From: Squalus acanthias
Lineage: Eukaryota
Length of the DNA: 64,000 nucleotides
Direction: 5' to 3'
Assembly: GCA_030390025.1 (NCBI GenBank)
Contig: JASTWF010000034.1
Span: 5,828,001-5,892,000, forward strand
The notes under the pieces are model-generated. The model did not search any database, was not told the origin of the DNA, and saw only the letters and a list, made by a program, of their open reading frames with translations. Shown in pieces: positions 1 through 11,265 of the stretch; positions within the stretch are counted from its first letter, which is position 1, and each line of letters starts with the position of its first letter. A program made the position numbers and the translations under genes.

Positions 1-250
1 TCGAAGACACCCTCTTTCTCCAGCACTAATATTCTCCATAATCAATACTGTTAATCCACCTCCTTTCTTTCCTTCCCTATCTTTCCCGAACATCTTATAT
101 CCAGGTATATTTAGTACCCAATCCTACCCTTTTTGAGCCAGGTCTCTGTTATCGTCACGACATCATTTTCCTATGTGGCTATTTGCGCCTGCAGCTCACC
201 TACTTATTGACCACGCTTCGTGCGTTTGCACACATGCACTGTAAACCCAT
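1..250 (-). mobile_element. CR1 LINE endonuclease fragment
   Basis: AP-endonuclease-like ITETWL, IPGYK and GGG motifs on the minus strand; continues in the other copies at 22610-22925 and 63610-63920. Confidence 0.7.
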
Positions 251-258
251 CTGACAGT

Positions 259-710
259 GTCAGCTGTGGCTCAGTAGGTAGCACACTCGCCTCTCAGTCA
301 GAGGTTGTGGGTTCCAAGCTCCAGGGACTTGAGACCATAAATCTAGGCTGACTCTCCAGTGCAGTACTGAGGGAGTGCTGCACTGTTGGAGGTGCCGTCT
401 TTCGGATGAGATGTTAAACTGCTCTCTCAGGTGGACGTAAAAGATCCCGTTGCACTAGTTCGATGAAGAGTAGTGAAGTTATCCCCGGTGTCCTGGCCAA
501 TAATTATCGCTCAATCAACATAACAAAAACTATTAATCTGGTCATTTTCACATTGCTGTTTTTGGGAGCTTGCTGTGCGCAAATTGGCTGCGGTGTTTCT
601 CACCTGACAACAGTGACTACACTTCAAAAGTATTCATTGGCTGTAAAACGCTTCAAGACGTCCGGAGGTCGTGAAAGGCGATATATAAATGTAAGTCTTT
701 CTTTCTCTTT
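259..710 (+). mobile_element. tRNA-headed DeuSINE (SacSINE1-like)
   Basis: A/B-box-like head (gtggctcagtaggtagca...gggttc), Deu-domain-like ggaggtgccgtctttcggatgaga, L2-like tail gaaaggcgatatataaatgtaagtctttctttc. Confidence 0.8.
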
Positions 711-727
711 TATTTAGACCTTACAAT

Positions 728-955
728 AGCAAAATACTGCGGATGCTGGAAATCTGAAATAACAACAGAAAATGCTGGAAACACTCAGCAATTCAGGCAG
801 CATCCGTGGAGAGAAACAGAGTTAGCGTTTCAGGTCTGTGACCCTTCGACATAACTGGAAAAAGTTAGAAATGTAACAGATTGTAAGCAGGTGTAGGGGC
901 AGGGAAAGGCGGGGGGAGGAATGAACAAAAGAGATGGTCTGTGATAGGGTGGAAG
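728..955 (-). mobile_element. Penelope-like retroelement terminal fragment
   Basis: On the minus strand: gaagggtcacagacctgaaacgctaactctgtttctctc...ttcagatttccagcatccgcag. Related fragment at 5715-5853; mirrors at ~21910-22135 and ~16740-16880. Family assigned from recollection of motifs. Confidence 0.55.
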
Positions 956-1004
956 GCAGGAGAGGTTAAATGTTCCCAATGGGAATGGCAGAATCATTGG
1001 CTGT

Positions 1005-1947
1005 AAAACGCTTCTATAGGCCACCAACTAGTGGGAAGGAAATACAGGAGCAAATTTGCAGGGAAATTGCAGAGGTGGAAGAAATATAGAGTGGTAATAA
1101 TGGGGGACTTCAGTTATCCTAATATAGAGTGAGATAATAATCGTACAAAGGGAAGAGAGGGGGAAGAATTTCCTTAGTGAGTTCAAGAGAACTTTCTTGA
1201 TTGGTGCATTTCTGGCCCAAAGAGGAAGGAGGCATTGCTGGATCTGGTTCTGGGGAATGAGGTAGGTGAAGTGGAGAAGATTTCAGTAAGGGAGCGCACA
1301 GGGAACGGTGATCGCAGTATCATGAGGTTTATATTAGCTATGGAAAAGGACAAGGAGCAATCTAGAGTAAAAATACTTCATTGGGGGAGGGCCAATTTCA
1401 GTGGGTTGAGAACGGAGCTGGCTTGGGTAAAAGGAATCAAAGATTGGCAGGCAAAACTGTCATCGAACAATGGGCTGCCTTTAAAGAAGAGATGATTCAG
1501 GTACAATCGAGGTACATTCCCACGAGGGGGAAAGGTAGGGCAACCAAAGCCAGAGCTCCCTGGATGACGAAAGAGATAGTGGAAGATAGAGAGTAAGAGG
1601 AAGCAGAGAAATGGGGCGTATGACAGATGTCAAGTTCAGAATACAAGTGAGAACCAGGCTGAATATAGAAAGTTCAAAGAGGAAGTGAAAAAGGAAATAA
1701 GAGGGGCAAAGAGAGAATATTAGAATAGATTGGCAGCTAACATAAAATGGAATCCAAAAGTCTTCTTTTGGCAAATAAATATTAAACGGGCAGTAAGAGG
1801 TGGGGTGGGGCTGATTAAGGGCCAAAAAGGAGACATACGAATGGAGGCAGAGGGCATGGCTGAGATAGTAAATAAATACTTTGCATCTGTCTTTAGCAAG
1901 GAAGAAGCTGCTGCCAAAGTCACAGTGAAAGAGGAGGTAGTTGAGTA
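1005..1947 (+). mobile_element. CR1 LINE ORF2 fragment (EN end/linker)
   Basis: LDLVLGNE, APWMT, MAEIVNKYFASVF; mirror at ~20914-21856. Confidence 0.8.
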
Positions 1948-1977
1948 AAGTGTTGTAGTGACTCTGGTTCAATGAGT

Positions 1978-2062
1978 CTGTTTGTTCAATGACTGTAATT
2001 AATGCCAGTTGCAGTGAGGCCTAATGATGTCACTCGGGGATTTCCCTCTGCTCTAAATAAGG
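1978..2062 (+). promoter_or_regulatory. Putative GPCR-family proximal promoter module, copy 1
   Basis: ctgtttgttcaatgactgtaattaatgccagt ... GGGGATTTCC ... taaataagg; conserved with the region upstream of the divergent exon 1 at 40574-40721. Confidence 0.6.
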
Positions 2063-2159
2063 AGCTCCCTTCACTGTGTCACCTCACACAGTCCGCACGC
2101 TGCCCCCAGCACAAAGACCACCAGACACTCACAGAAGGGAAGGCATAGATTGGGATGAA

Positions 2160-2235
2160 ATGTTTAGGATATTATGAATATGGTATGATATACAAAATAT
2201 GTACTATCCCCTCCTCACTGCTGTCGGCGTTTCTA
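2160..2235 (+). pseudogene. Defective GPCR exon 1, copy 1
   Basis: Encodes MFRIL*IWYDIQNMYYPLLTAVGVS with in-frame TGA at 2175-2177. The donor position reads a|ggaagg instead of g|gtaagt. Confidence 0.7.
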
Positions 2236-2269
2236 GGAAGGATCTATGTCCAGTTATTAATTTAAAATA

Positions 2270-2506
2270 ATGGAGAGGCCCAGAGAAAGAGCTAGGGGCT
2301 TGAGCGACGAGGCTTTGGTGGCTCTGGTTGGTGCTGTGGAACGGCGATGGGCAGTGTTGTTCCCTGTGAGGCACAGGAGGCCATTGCCCCGGGAGTTTAG
2401 AAGAGTGTGGAGGGAGGTGGCTCAGCACATCTCCCCAAGGGCCCTGGTGCCCAGGACCCACACCCAATGTCAGAAGAAGTTCAACGAGCTCACTCAGGTG
2501 GTCAGG
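2270..2506 (+). pseudogene. Harbinger Myb/SANT-like DNA-binding protein, first exon
   Basis: RARGLSDEALVALVGAVERRWAVLFP...VWREVAQHIS...RTHTQCQKKFNEL, followed by donor agg|gtgagt. The mirror copy has TAA at codon 6. Confidence 0.75.
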
Positions 2507-2689
2507 GTGAGTACCTTCTTTTCCAAACCTCTACATCCCTCCATCTCAACTTCACTCTGTGCCCAGAGGGTTGACAAACCCAAATGCCCAACACTCATTC
2601 AAACCTATGGCCATTTCATAAAACACACATCCACATCCCACACCTTGCACACATTAACCGCTATTCAACAAGATACACTACAGCAACTC

Positions 2690-3015
2690 ACCAAGGCTTC
2701 TTCGGCAGCATCTCCCAAACCCACGACCTCTTCCACCAAGAAGGACAAGGGCAGGCGCATGGGAACACCACCGCCTTCAAGTTCCCCTCCAAGTCACACA
2801 CCATTCTGACTTAGAAGTATATTGCCGATCCTTCATCATCGCTGGGTCAAAATCCTGTAACTCCCTAATTAACAGCAATGTGGGAGTACCTTCACCACAC
2901 AGACTGCAGCGGTTCAAGAAGGCAGCTCACCACCACCTTCTCAAAGGCAACTAGGGATGGGCAATAAATGCTAGCCATGCTTGCGAAGCCCACATCCCAT
3001 AAACGAATAAAAATA
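2690..3015 (+). mobile_element. 3' end of CR1-group LINE (second family) inserted in Harbinger
   Basis: Matches the 3' end at 42820-43135 (ttcccctccaagtcacacacc...ctagggatgggcaataaatgc). Confidence 0.7.
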
Positions 3016-3016
3016 T

Positions 3017-4100
3017 ACTATGGGAGGCACATCTGCCAAACACATGATTGCACACAGTACTGGCTATTCAACTATGATAGGCACGTCTGAAAACACATGG
3101 CTGCACACAGTAATGGCTATTCAACTATGGGAGGCATGTCTGCCAAACACATGGCTGCACATAGTAATGGCTATTCAACTATGATAGGCATATCTGCCAA
3201 ACACATGGCTGCTCACAGTAATGGCTATTCAACTATGATAGGCACCTCTGCCAAACACATGTCTGCACACAGTAATGGCTATTCAACTATGATAGGCACC
3301 TCTGCCAAACACATGTCTGCACACAGTAATGGCTATTCAACTATAATAGGCACATCTGCCAAACACATGGCTGCACACAGTAATGGCTATTCAACTATGA
3401 TAGGCATATCTGCCAAACACATGGCTGCACACAGTAATGGCTCTTCAACTATGTAAGGCATCTCTGCCAAACACATGTCTGCACACAGTAATGGCTATTC
3501 AACTTAGATAGGCATATCTGCCAAACACATGTCTGCACACAGTAATGGCTATTCAACTAAGATAGGCACATCTGCCAACACACATGTCTGCACACAGTAA
3601 TGGCTATTCAACTATAATAGGCACCTCTGCCAAACACATGTCTGCACACAGTAATGGCTATTCAACTATGGTAGGCACCTCTGCCAAACACATGTCTGCA
3701 CACAGTAATGGCTATTCAAATATGGTAGGCACCTCTGCCAAACACATGTCTGCACACAGTAATGGCTATTCAACTATGGTAGACACCTCTGCCAAACACA
3801 TGGCTGCACACAGTAATGGCTATTCAACTATGGTACGCACCTCTGCCAAACTCATGGCTGCACACAGTAATGGCTATTCAACTATGGTAGGCACCTCTGC
3901 CAAACACATGGCTGCACACAGTAATGGCTATTCAACTATGGTAGGCACCTCTGCCAAACACATGGCTGCACACAGTAATGGCTATTCAACTATGTAGGCA
4001 CCTCTGCCAAACACATGTCTGCACACAGTAATGGCTATTCAACTATGATAGGCACCTCTGCCAAACACATGGCTGCACACAGTGATGGCTATTCATCTAT
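3017..4100. repeat. 54-bp minisatellite, ~20 copies
   Basis: Unit gcacacagtaatggctattcaactatgataggcacctctgccaaacacatgtct. Confidence 0.95.
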
Positions 4101-4299
4101 TTGTTGACAGTTTTCCCGCTCATCTCCATGTTGTGAGAACGAGTTTTGTTAGTTCATGAATTGTTGTGTTTGTTTCAATTTGTTTGTCCTGAATAAATGA
4201 CACTGAGTTGGTAACACAACTAATTTTTTTAATTGTTACTTTACATCTTTTCTGATTTGACTCATTGCAGCTTTGTCCAGCAATAGGGGGTGCGGGATG

Positions 4300-5009
4300 C
4301 TTTCAATGATGTGCTTCTTCATCACAGAAGCCATCTTCTCAGTAAGGGCTTAGAATCGGTGACTTATGAGCCGTTCACGGACGGCCCTTTCAGTGGCAAC
4401 ATTGTACACCTCCCTCCCACGTTGGTGCTGCTGATTCTCCTCTTCATCCTCCTGCTACTCATCCTCCTCCTCCTCTCACCCTTCCTCCTCCTCCTAGGTG
4501 GTGCAACAATCCCTAGTGGCAATGGCTGCGTACTCATGATTGCAATGTTATAAAGCATGCAGCACACAACAATCAAGAGGGAGACTCGCTCGGGAGAGTA
4601 TTGCAGGGCTCCTCCTGAGTGATCAAAAATCGGAACCGTTGTTTCAAGACGCCGAACGCCTGCTCTATCATGTTCCTGGTGGCGCTATGGCTCTCATTGT
4701 ATTGCAGTTCGACAGGGGTGTTGGGGTTATGGATCGGTGTCATCAGCCAGACGCAGAGTGGATAAACCTTGTCTCCGAGGAGCCATCCACTAGGTTGACA
4801 CGATGGTTGGAAGATGTGTGCAACACCGGTCTGGCGCAGAATAAAAGCATTGTCGCTGCTGCCAGGATAGCGGGCATTGACGGCGAGTATGAGCTGTCTG
4901 TGGTCACACACCCTCTGGTCGCGTTTGCCACTCTCTCTCTCTCTCTGTGCCTCAGCTGTCTCCGAAGGTGAAGCTGGACGATGACGCCCCAAGTTAGTGC
5001 AGCCCCCAT
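4300..5009 (-). pseudogene. HARBI1-like (DDE_Tnp_4) transposase, internally deleted and frameshifted
   Basis: VCDHRQLILAVNARYPGSSDNAFIL, WLLGDKVYPL, YNESHSATRNMIEQAFGVLKQRFRFL, VVCCMLYNIA. The N-terminal stub is joined directly to VCDH. Mirror at ~17584-18290. Confidence 0.8.
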
Positions 5010-7163
5010 CGAAGCTTCTTAATATCGTTAGAAGCTGAAATAAAAATGAACCTCCAAATTGGTGCTCACGACCCAAAACTCCTTCGGTGAGTGTCGAATC
5101 TCTCCAGACGTGTCTCAACCTGAATGTAACAAAAATTTCGCCAACAAGAAACGGCAGGAGGCAACCGCCTTTAAATAGCGCTCCCCCAGCCCCTTCCTGA
5201 CTTGGAAACATTCCCCATCTACGTGTCGTTCCTAGCGGCAGGGGCTGAGGCAGGGCACGCGACTCAATTTTCAGTCCGGGGCGCTACCAGGGCATTGCAC
5301 GCTCGACTGATGTCACGATCTGCAGGCGCAGGAGATCGTGGCGGCAGTGTTTAGTGCCAGCGCAAAATGACTGGTTAATTTTGTGAGCGGCGCTAAAATA
5401 GCCGCACTCGTGAGCTAAGCCCCTATCGCCCCGTTACCCCTCCTCCCCCGAAGGAGCTCAGGGGAGGTGCTGACAAACCCACTTTTCCCCCCATGATTAT
5501 CTGTGTTTCTCTCTCTGTCGTTCCCCATCCCATCCGCGCTGCTGTCAGCTATTGATACGGAAGCTGATTTCGTGTTACCAAGATTCAAATGTTCAACTCA
5601 AGTAAATTTATTGGTGGTGACTCTTTATTGAACGAATTTCAGTCTGCTACCGACACTGAACATTTGTATCAGGTCAGAAGAATGCTGTCTTGGTTTAGGA
5701 GACTTTTCACCTAATGGCGAAAGGCCATCGACCTGAAACGTTAACTCTGTCTCTCTCTCTCTCCACAGATGCTGTCTGACCCGCTGAGTATTTCCATCAT
5801 TTTCTGTTTTCATTTCAGATTTCCAGTATCCGCAGTATTTTGCTTTTGTTTTCACCTAATGCTCGGTATGGTTACTTACAGAGTCAAAGGAACAAATCCT
5901 GGCAGATCACATCCACATCTTTAAAAGTCTGAAGTATCCGCTAATCATTCAGTTCCAGTCAGTGTCTCCTTTCCCACCCTCTCCAGTTCTGCATTATTGG
6001 CACTGCTTCTGATGGTTAAAGTAGGATTAAACGGATAAATTACATTCTCACAAAACGTTCATTCAGCCAGATTTCAATACATTTCTTTCTGATCATTGTT
6101 TTGAATTTACAATTGGATCCCATGCCCGTCTGTCACAGTTCAGTGGATCTCTCAGTGAGACCCAGAGTGATTCTCTATTGCCTCCTGCTGTACTTCAGGA
6201 TAAACAATCCCAGCTGATTGTAACTGAAGTACTGAGGATAAGAAAATCCTTTGATACCTTCTCGTCTAATATTCTCTGCACAGGTTGGAAACAACAGGTG
6301 AAAAAGTATAAGGATAAATCTCTTCCATTTGTGTTCAGATACTTTACAACAGCATTTGGCGGCACTTTGCCAGTAGGTTAAGTCGTCTGATTTCGATGCT
6401 GAAAAATGCATTTAGTGGGACATTACCTGGTCAATCATCATTATTTATTTAATTCAGAGTCCATTATTTGCAATGTTACTTGGCAAATCTTCCTTTCAAT
6501 AAGCTAGAATTTGTGTATTTCAACAAAAATGCAGAAATCTCTATCTTCAAAACATATCTGACAGCCCAGTTATCTTCATAACTGCAGTACACTTGTATTT
6601 AGTATCTTAGCATTGTCATATTACATCCGTACATTTTACATACAATTGCCTGTAATTATTGCATGCCAAGGTTGCAGTTTCTATATTTTGCTGTTGCATT
6701 AATTTTCAGTTCTAAATAGAATGGATATTCTGACCAAGAGCAGGAATCCCAGCGGGATTTCCCCCTCCCGAACACAGGGGCACAGAAGCGAACTGCACCG
6801 CTCCAAATGCTGACTGAACCCGGGACACGAAGGCTTACTGAGAGGGTCTGGTCCTTTGTGTCCCTGGTACCTCGGGCGGTGCTTTTGTCTGCTGGGCTAA
6901 ATGTAGATCGATCATTTAATCTCTCCTTGATCAAACATCTGTTACTTTCATATTGTGTTTATTCCCATTTCAGTTACTGATTCCACAATGTATTCCCGAT
7001 TATTCTTACAATAAGCCCTGTATTCAGCTCCACAGTTAATAGGATTATATTATATCATTCAATGTGGGTAATGAGTTGCAGATTTCACCCCGCATTCCAT
7101 CAAACTGCTGCTTTTGCTCCCAGCCTGATGAATAATTTCCCTGTTTATTTCCCTTCCACACAG

Positions 7164-8065
7164 TTAACTTAGTGACGATTGTGATCCTGTCTCGGGGAAA
7201 GTGTGGACTCTCCAAATGTGTCACTCGCTACCTGGTGGCCATGGCAGCGGCGGATCTACTGGTCGTCATCCTCGACCTGATATTGAGGCACATTCCGATT
7301 GTCTATAGGGAACAGTTTCTTTTCGTGCGGTTCATCCGCGTGTGTAATATCCACGCCGTCCTGCTGTTCGCAGCCTCAGACTGTTCTGTCTGGTTCACCG
7401 TCACTTTCACCTTTGATCGATTTGTGGCCATTTGTTGCCAGAAGCTGAAAACTAAACATTGCACCGAGAAAACGGCGGCTGTGGTTCTGGGAACAGTGAC
7501 TGTGCTGAGCGGTTTAAAGAACATTTTCTGGCATTTTATGTTCACAGATCAGTATGGGCTTCAGAACAAGCCCTGGTTTTGTGAGGTCACACTGGATGTT
7601 CAGTATTCACTGGTCTGGGGATCAATCGAGCTCCTTCATTATATTCTCACCCCCTGTGTCCCATTTGTGGTGATTGTGCTGCTCAATGCTGTCACCGTCA
7701 GACACATTTTAGTGGCCAGCAGAGCCCGCAGGAGACTCCGGGGTCCCAGCAGTGGGGAGAGTCCCAGAGACCCAGAGATGGAGAGCCGCAGGAAATCCAT
7801 CATTTTACTGCTTGTTATCTCCGGCAATTTCATCCTGTTATGGACAGTGTTTATGGTGTATTCTACATGGAGCCGGATGTGGTGGTTGGGGTATTCTTCT
7901 GTACTTCTACCTGATTATGTATTGGAACTGGGATTCATGCTGCAGCTGCTGAGTTGCTGCACAAACACTGGGATTTACGCCGTGACCCAGACTAAGTTCA
8001 GAGAGCAGTTGAAGAATGTGGGGAAATATCCCTTTACTCTGATTGTAAAATTCATTAAAGGATGA
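7164..8065 (+). CDS. GPR139/GPR142-like rhodopsin-class GPCR, main (last) coding exon, copy 1
   Basis: Intact ORF with hydrophobic TM segments, YLVAMAAADLL (TM2), FTFDRFVAIC (DRY-like) and CCTNTGIY (NPxxY variant). Polypyrimidine acceptor cccttccacacag|tt at 7163/7164, phase 1. Confidence 0.88.
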
Positions 8066-8127
8066 GAAGAAACGGAGACTTTGCAGCCCAAGAGTTGACA
8101 GTTCCCTGGGCCTGATAATGTGGCCTC

Positions 8128-8683
8128 CCGCACAAAGATGGCGGCTCCAGGGCCCCGCACAAAGATGGCGGCTCTGGGGCCCCGCACAAAGATGGTGGCT
8201 CTGGGGCCCCGCACAAAGATGGCGGCTCTGGGGCCCCGCACAAAGATGGCGGCTCTGGGGCCCCGCAAAAGATGGCGGCTCTGGGTCCCCGCACAAGGAT
8301 TGCGGCTCTGGGGCCTCGCACAAAGATGGTGGCTCGGGGCCCCGCACAAAGATGGTGGCTCTGGGGCCCCGCACAAAGATGGTGGCTCTGGGGCACCGCA
8401 GAAAGATGGCGGCTCTGGATCCCCGCACAAAGATGGCGGCTCTGGGTCCCCGCACAAGGATTGCGGCTCTGGGGCCCCGCACAAAGATGGTGGCTCTGGG
8501 GCCCCGCACAAAGATGGTGGCTCTGGGGCCCCGCACAGAGATGGTGGCTCTGGGGCCCCGCACAGAGATGATGGCTCTGGGGCCCTGCACAAAGATGGCG
8601 GCTCTGGGTCCCCGCACAAGCATTGCGGCTCTGGGGCCCCGCACAAAGATGGTGGCTCTGGGGCCCCGCACAAAGATGGCGGC
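8128..8683. repeat. 27-bp GC-rich minisatellite, ~20 copies, YY1-motif array
   Basis: Unit ccccgcacaaagatggcggctctgggg; mirror at 13909-14464. Confidence 0.95.
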
Positions 8684-8859
8684 AGTCACTCGGGGTCTTT
8701 CCCTGGCGGCGGGAGGCGAGTGTCCGGATGGCCAGAGCAGTTGGAGTCCAAGTTACTGTGAGAGCGGGCGGCGAGGCGGAGCAGCCTGGCCCGGCACGGC
8801 CCACAGGACCCCGAGCAGCCCAGCCCGGGGAGGAGATGGCCCGGCCCCAGGATTTTATT

Positions 8860-8990
8860 AGTCATTATAACACTTTAAATCATTACACCACTTTACAGAT
8901 CTTTTAAAACACTTTATAAATCATTATGACCATTCATTAAACATTATGACGATTTTTCAATCATTATGACACTTAATAAATCATTTTTAT
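8860..8990. repeat. AT-rich degenerate tandem repeat containing AATAAA (8975-8980)
   Basis: Repeated atcattatgacactttaaa-like units; candidate polyA signal for the GPCR. Confidence 0.55.
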
Positions 8991-8994
8991 ATTT

Positions 8995-9407
8995 AATTCT
9001 TGGGATGTGGGTGTCGCTGACAAGGCCAGCATTTATTGCCCATCCCTAATTGCCCTTGAGCGGGTGGTGATGAGCCGCCTGAGACAAGCGAGTGTCTTGT
9101 GGGCCATTTCAGAGGCCAGGTAAGAGTCAACCACATTGTAGTGGGTCTGGAGTCACATTTCAACCGGACCAGGTAAGGGCGGCGGATTTCCTTCCCGAAA
9201 GGCCATTAGTGAACCAGGTGGGTTTCTTACGACAATCTGGTACTTTTATGGTCACCATTATTGACACAAGCTTTTCATTCCAGATTTGTTTAATTAATCA
9301 AATTCAAATTCCCGCAGCTGGTGGGATTTGAGCACATGTCTCTGGATCATTTCTCGAGTTATCTGGTTTACTAGTCCAGCAACATAACCACTATGCTACC
9401 GTACCCT
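8995..9407 (-). mobile_element. tRNA-derived SINE sharing its 3' tail with the second CR1-group LINE family
   Basis: Head gggtacggtagcatagtggttatg, tail agggatgggcaataaatgctggcc; mirror at 13185-13597. Confidence 0.6.
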
Positions 9408-9929
9408 TCAAAAATATCACCGTTCTTTCATCGTCACTGGTTCAAAATGCTGAAATTCCTTCCACAACACTATTGTGGGAGCACCATCACCACGCGGACT
9501 GCAGCGGCTCAAGATGAAGGCCCACCATTTTCTCATGGGTAACTAGGGATGGGCAAGTGATACTAACCTTGACAGCATCACCCCTAGCCTGAGAACAAAT
9601 ACATAGAAATAATAAAATAGGATTCAAATCAATGATTTTATAATTCATTGATTGAAACCAGATGAGGCCTGTGATCAGAGCGAGGCGTCAAGTACGCTAA
9701 GCAAATTGTCAACACCACTTGGATCACCAATTCTATCGTTGTATGATTGATACTTGTCACACTTTCCCAATTTCCCAATCATTACAAAATGTGCTTGATA
9801 AATATCACATATTACCAAAATTGAAGCCCAGGGGATTAAAGTGGCAGTGACAACAGTCTGTCAGCAATCGGTCAACAATCGGTCTGTTACAGTGAGAGGT
9901 TTGGAATATGTAAGAGAGGATTAAAGTAA

Positions 9930-10267
9930 GGGGTATATCAGAGTGGTACAGAGAGGTGTGTGAGGTATATCAGTGTGGTACTGTAAGGATGTGTGGGGTA
10001 TATCAGAGTGTTGTAGTCAGGGGAGTGGGTTTACATCAGAGTGTTACAGTGAGGGGTGTTGGGTATATCTATATTTACATTGAAGGATGTATGGGGTATA
10101 TCAGAGTGTTGTAGTCAGCGGAGTGGGTTTACATCAAAGTGCTACAGTGAGCGGTGTTGGGTATATCAGAGTGTTACAGTTAGAGGTGTGGTGTGTAACA
10201 GAGTGTTACAATCAGGGGTGTGGCTTTATATCAGTGTTTTACATTGAGGGGTGTCGGGTATATCAGA
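9930..10267. repeat. Degenerate ggggtatatcagagtgttacagtga-type repeat
   Basis: Loosely periodic units; mirror at ~12325-12660. Confidence 0.7.
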
Positions 10268-11265
10268 GGGGGAGTAGTCAGGACACTAGCGGGGGAGGGG
10301 GGAGTAGTCGGGACACTAGGGGGGGAGGGGGAGTAGTCGGGACACTAGGGGGGAAGGGGAGTAGTCAGGACACTCGGGGGGAGGGGGAGTAGTCAGGACA
10401 CTAGGGGGGGAGGGGGGAGTAGACAGGACACTAGGGGGGGAGTGGGAGTAGACAGGACACTAGGGCGGGAGGGTTAGCCAGGACACTAGTGGGGGAGGGG
10501 GAGTAGTCAGGACGCTAGGGGGGGAGGGGGAGTAGTCAGGACACTAGGGGGGGAGGGGGAGTAGTCAGGACACTAGGGGAGGTAGAGTAGTCAGGACACT
10601 AGGGGGGAGGGGGAGTAGTCAGGACAATATGGGGGAGGGGGAGTAGACAGGACACTAGGGCGGGAGGGGTAGCCAGGACACTAGGGGGGGAGGGGGAGTA
10701 GTCAGGACACTAGATGGGGAGGGGGAGTAGTCAGGAAACTAGGGGGGGAGGGCGAGTAGTCAGGACACTAGGGGAGGAGGGGGAGTAGTCAGGACACTAG
10801 GGGGGGAGGGGGAGTAGTCAGGACACTAGGGGGGTAGGGGTAGTAGTCAGGACACTAGGGGGGGAGGGGGAGATGTCAGGACACTACGGGAGGGGGAGTA
10901 GTCAGGACATTAGGGAGGAGGGGGAGTAGTCAGGACACTAGGGGGGAGGGGGAGTAGTCAGGACACGAGGGGGGGGAGGGGGAGTAGTCAGGACACTAGG
11001 GCGGGAGGGGTAGCCAGGACACTAGGGGGGAGGGGGAGTAGTCAGGACACTAGGGGGGAGGGGGAGGGGGGAGCAGTCAGGACACTAGGGGGGGAGGGGG
11101 AGTAGTCAGGACACTAGGGGGGGAGGGGGAGTAGTCAGGACACTAGGGCGGGAGGGGTAGCCAGGACACTAGGGGGGAGGGGGAGTAGTCAGGACACTAG
11201 GGGGGAGGAGGAGGGGGGAGCAGTCAGGACACTAGGGCGGGAGGGGTAGCCAGGACACTAGGGGG
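10268..11265. repeat. ~27-bp G-rich minisatellite (ggggagtagtcaggacactagggggga)
   Basis: Runs into the gap; C-rich complement at 11766-12325. Confidence 0.95.

Larger units (their letters stand above)
2270..5492. mobile_element. Decayed PIF/Harbinger DNA transposon, copy 1
   Basis: Convergent Myb/SANT-like ORF (2270-2506, +) and DDE_Tnp_4/HARBI1-like transposase remnant (~4300-5009, -). GC-rich subterminal region ends ~5492. The other terminus is not recognisable. Confidence 0.78.
1..11265 (+). repeat. Left arm of large inverted segmental duplication (mirror of 11766-22864)
   Basis: All ORFs and repeats recur on the opposite strand with constant coordinate sums (7172+15420 and 10056+12536 = 22592; 1235+21626 = 22861). 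Confidence 0.95.

Noticed and set aside
259..330. tRNA gene
   Set aside because: It is the tRNA-derived head of a SINE.
3097..3997. MAAHSNGYSTM repeat ORFs
   Set aside because: 54-bp VNTR with stops and frameshifts; no coding evidence.
6842..6870. tgtgtccctg|gtacc resembling an exon-1 end (VP+G)
   Set aside because: In-frame TGA at 6839-6841, no YYP motif, weak donor.
6175..6934. Short intronic ORFs of 67-92 aa
   Set aside because: No recognisable domains; their recurrence only reflects the inverted duplication.
2270..8065. In-frame Myb-GPCR fusion protein
   Set aside because: The Myb donor is phase 0 and the GPCR acceptor is phase 1.
7907..8907. Overlapping repetitive ORFs on both strands (GPRTKMAAL, CGAPEPPSL), and their mirrors
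   Set aside because: Translations of a stop-free 27-bp minisatellite.
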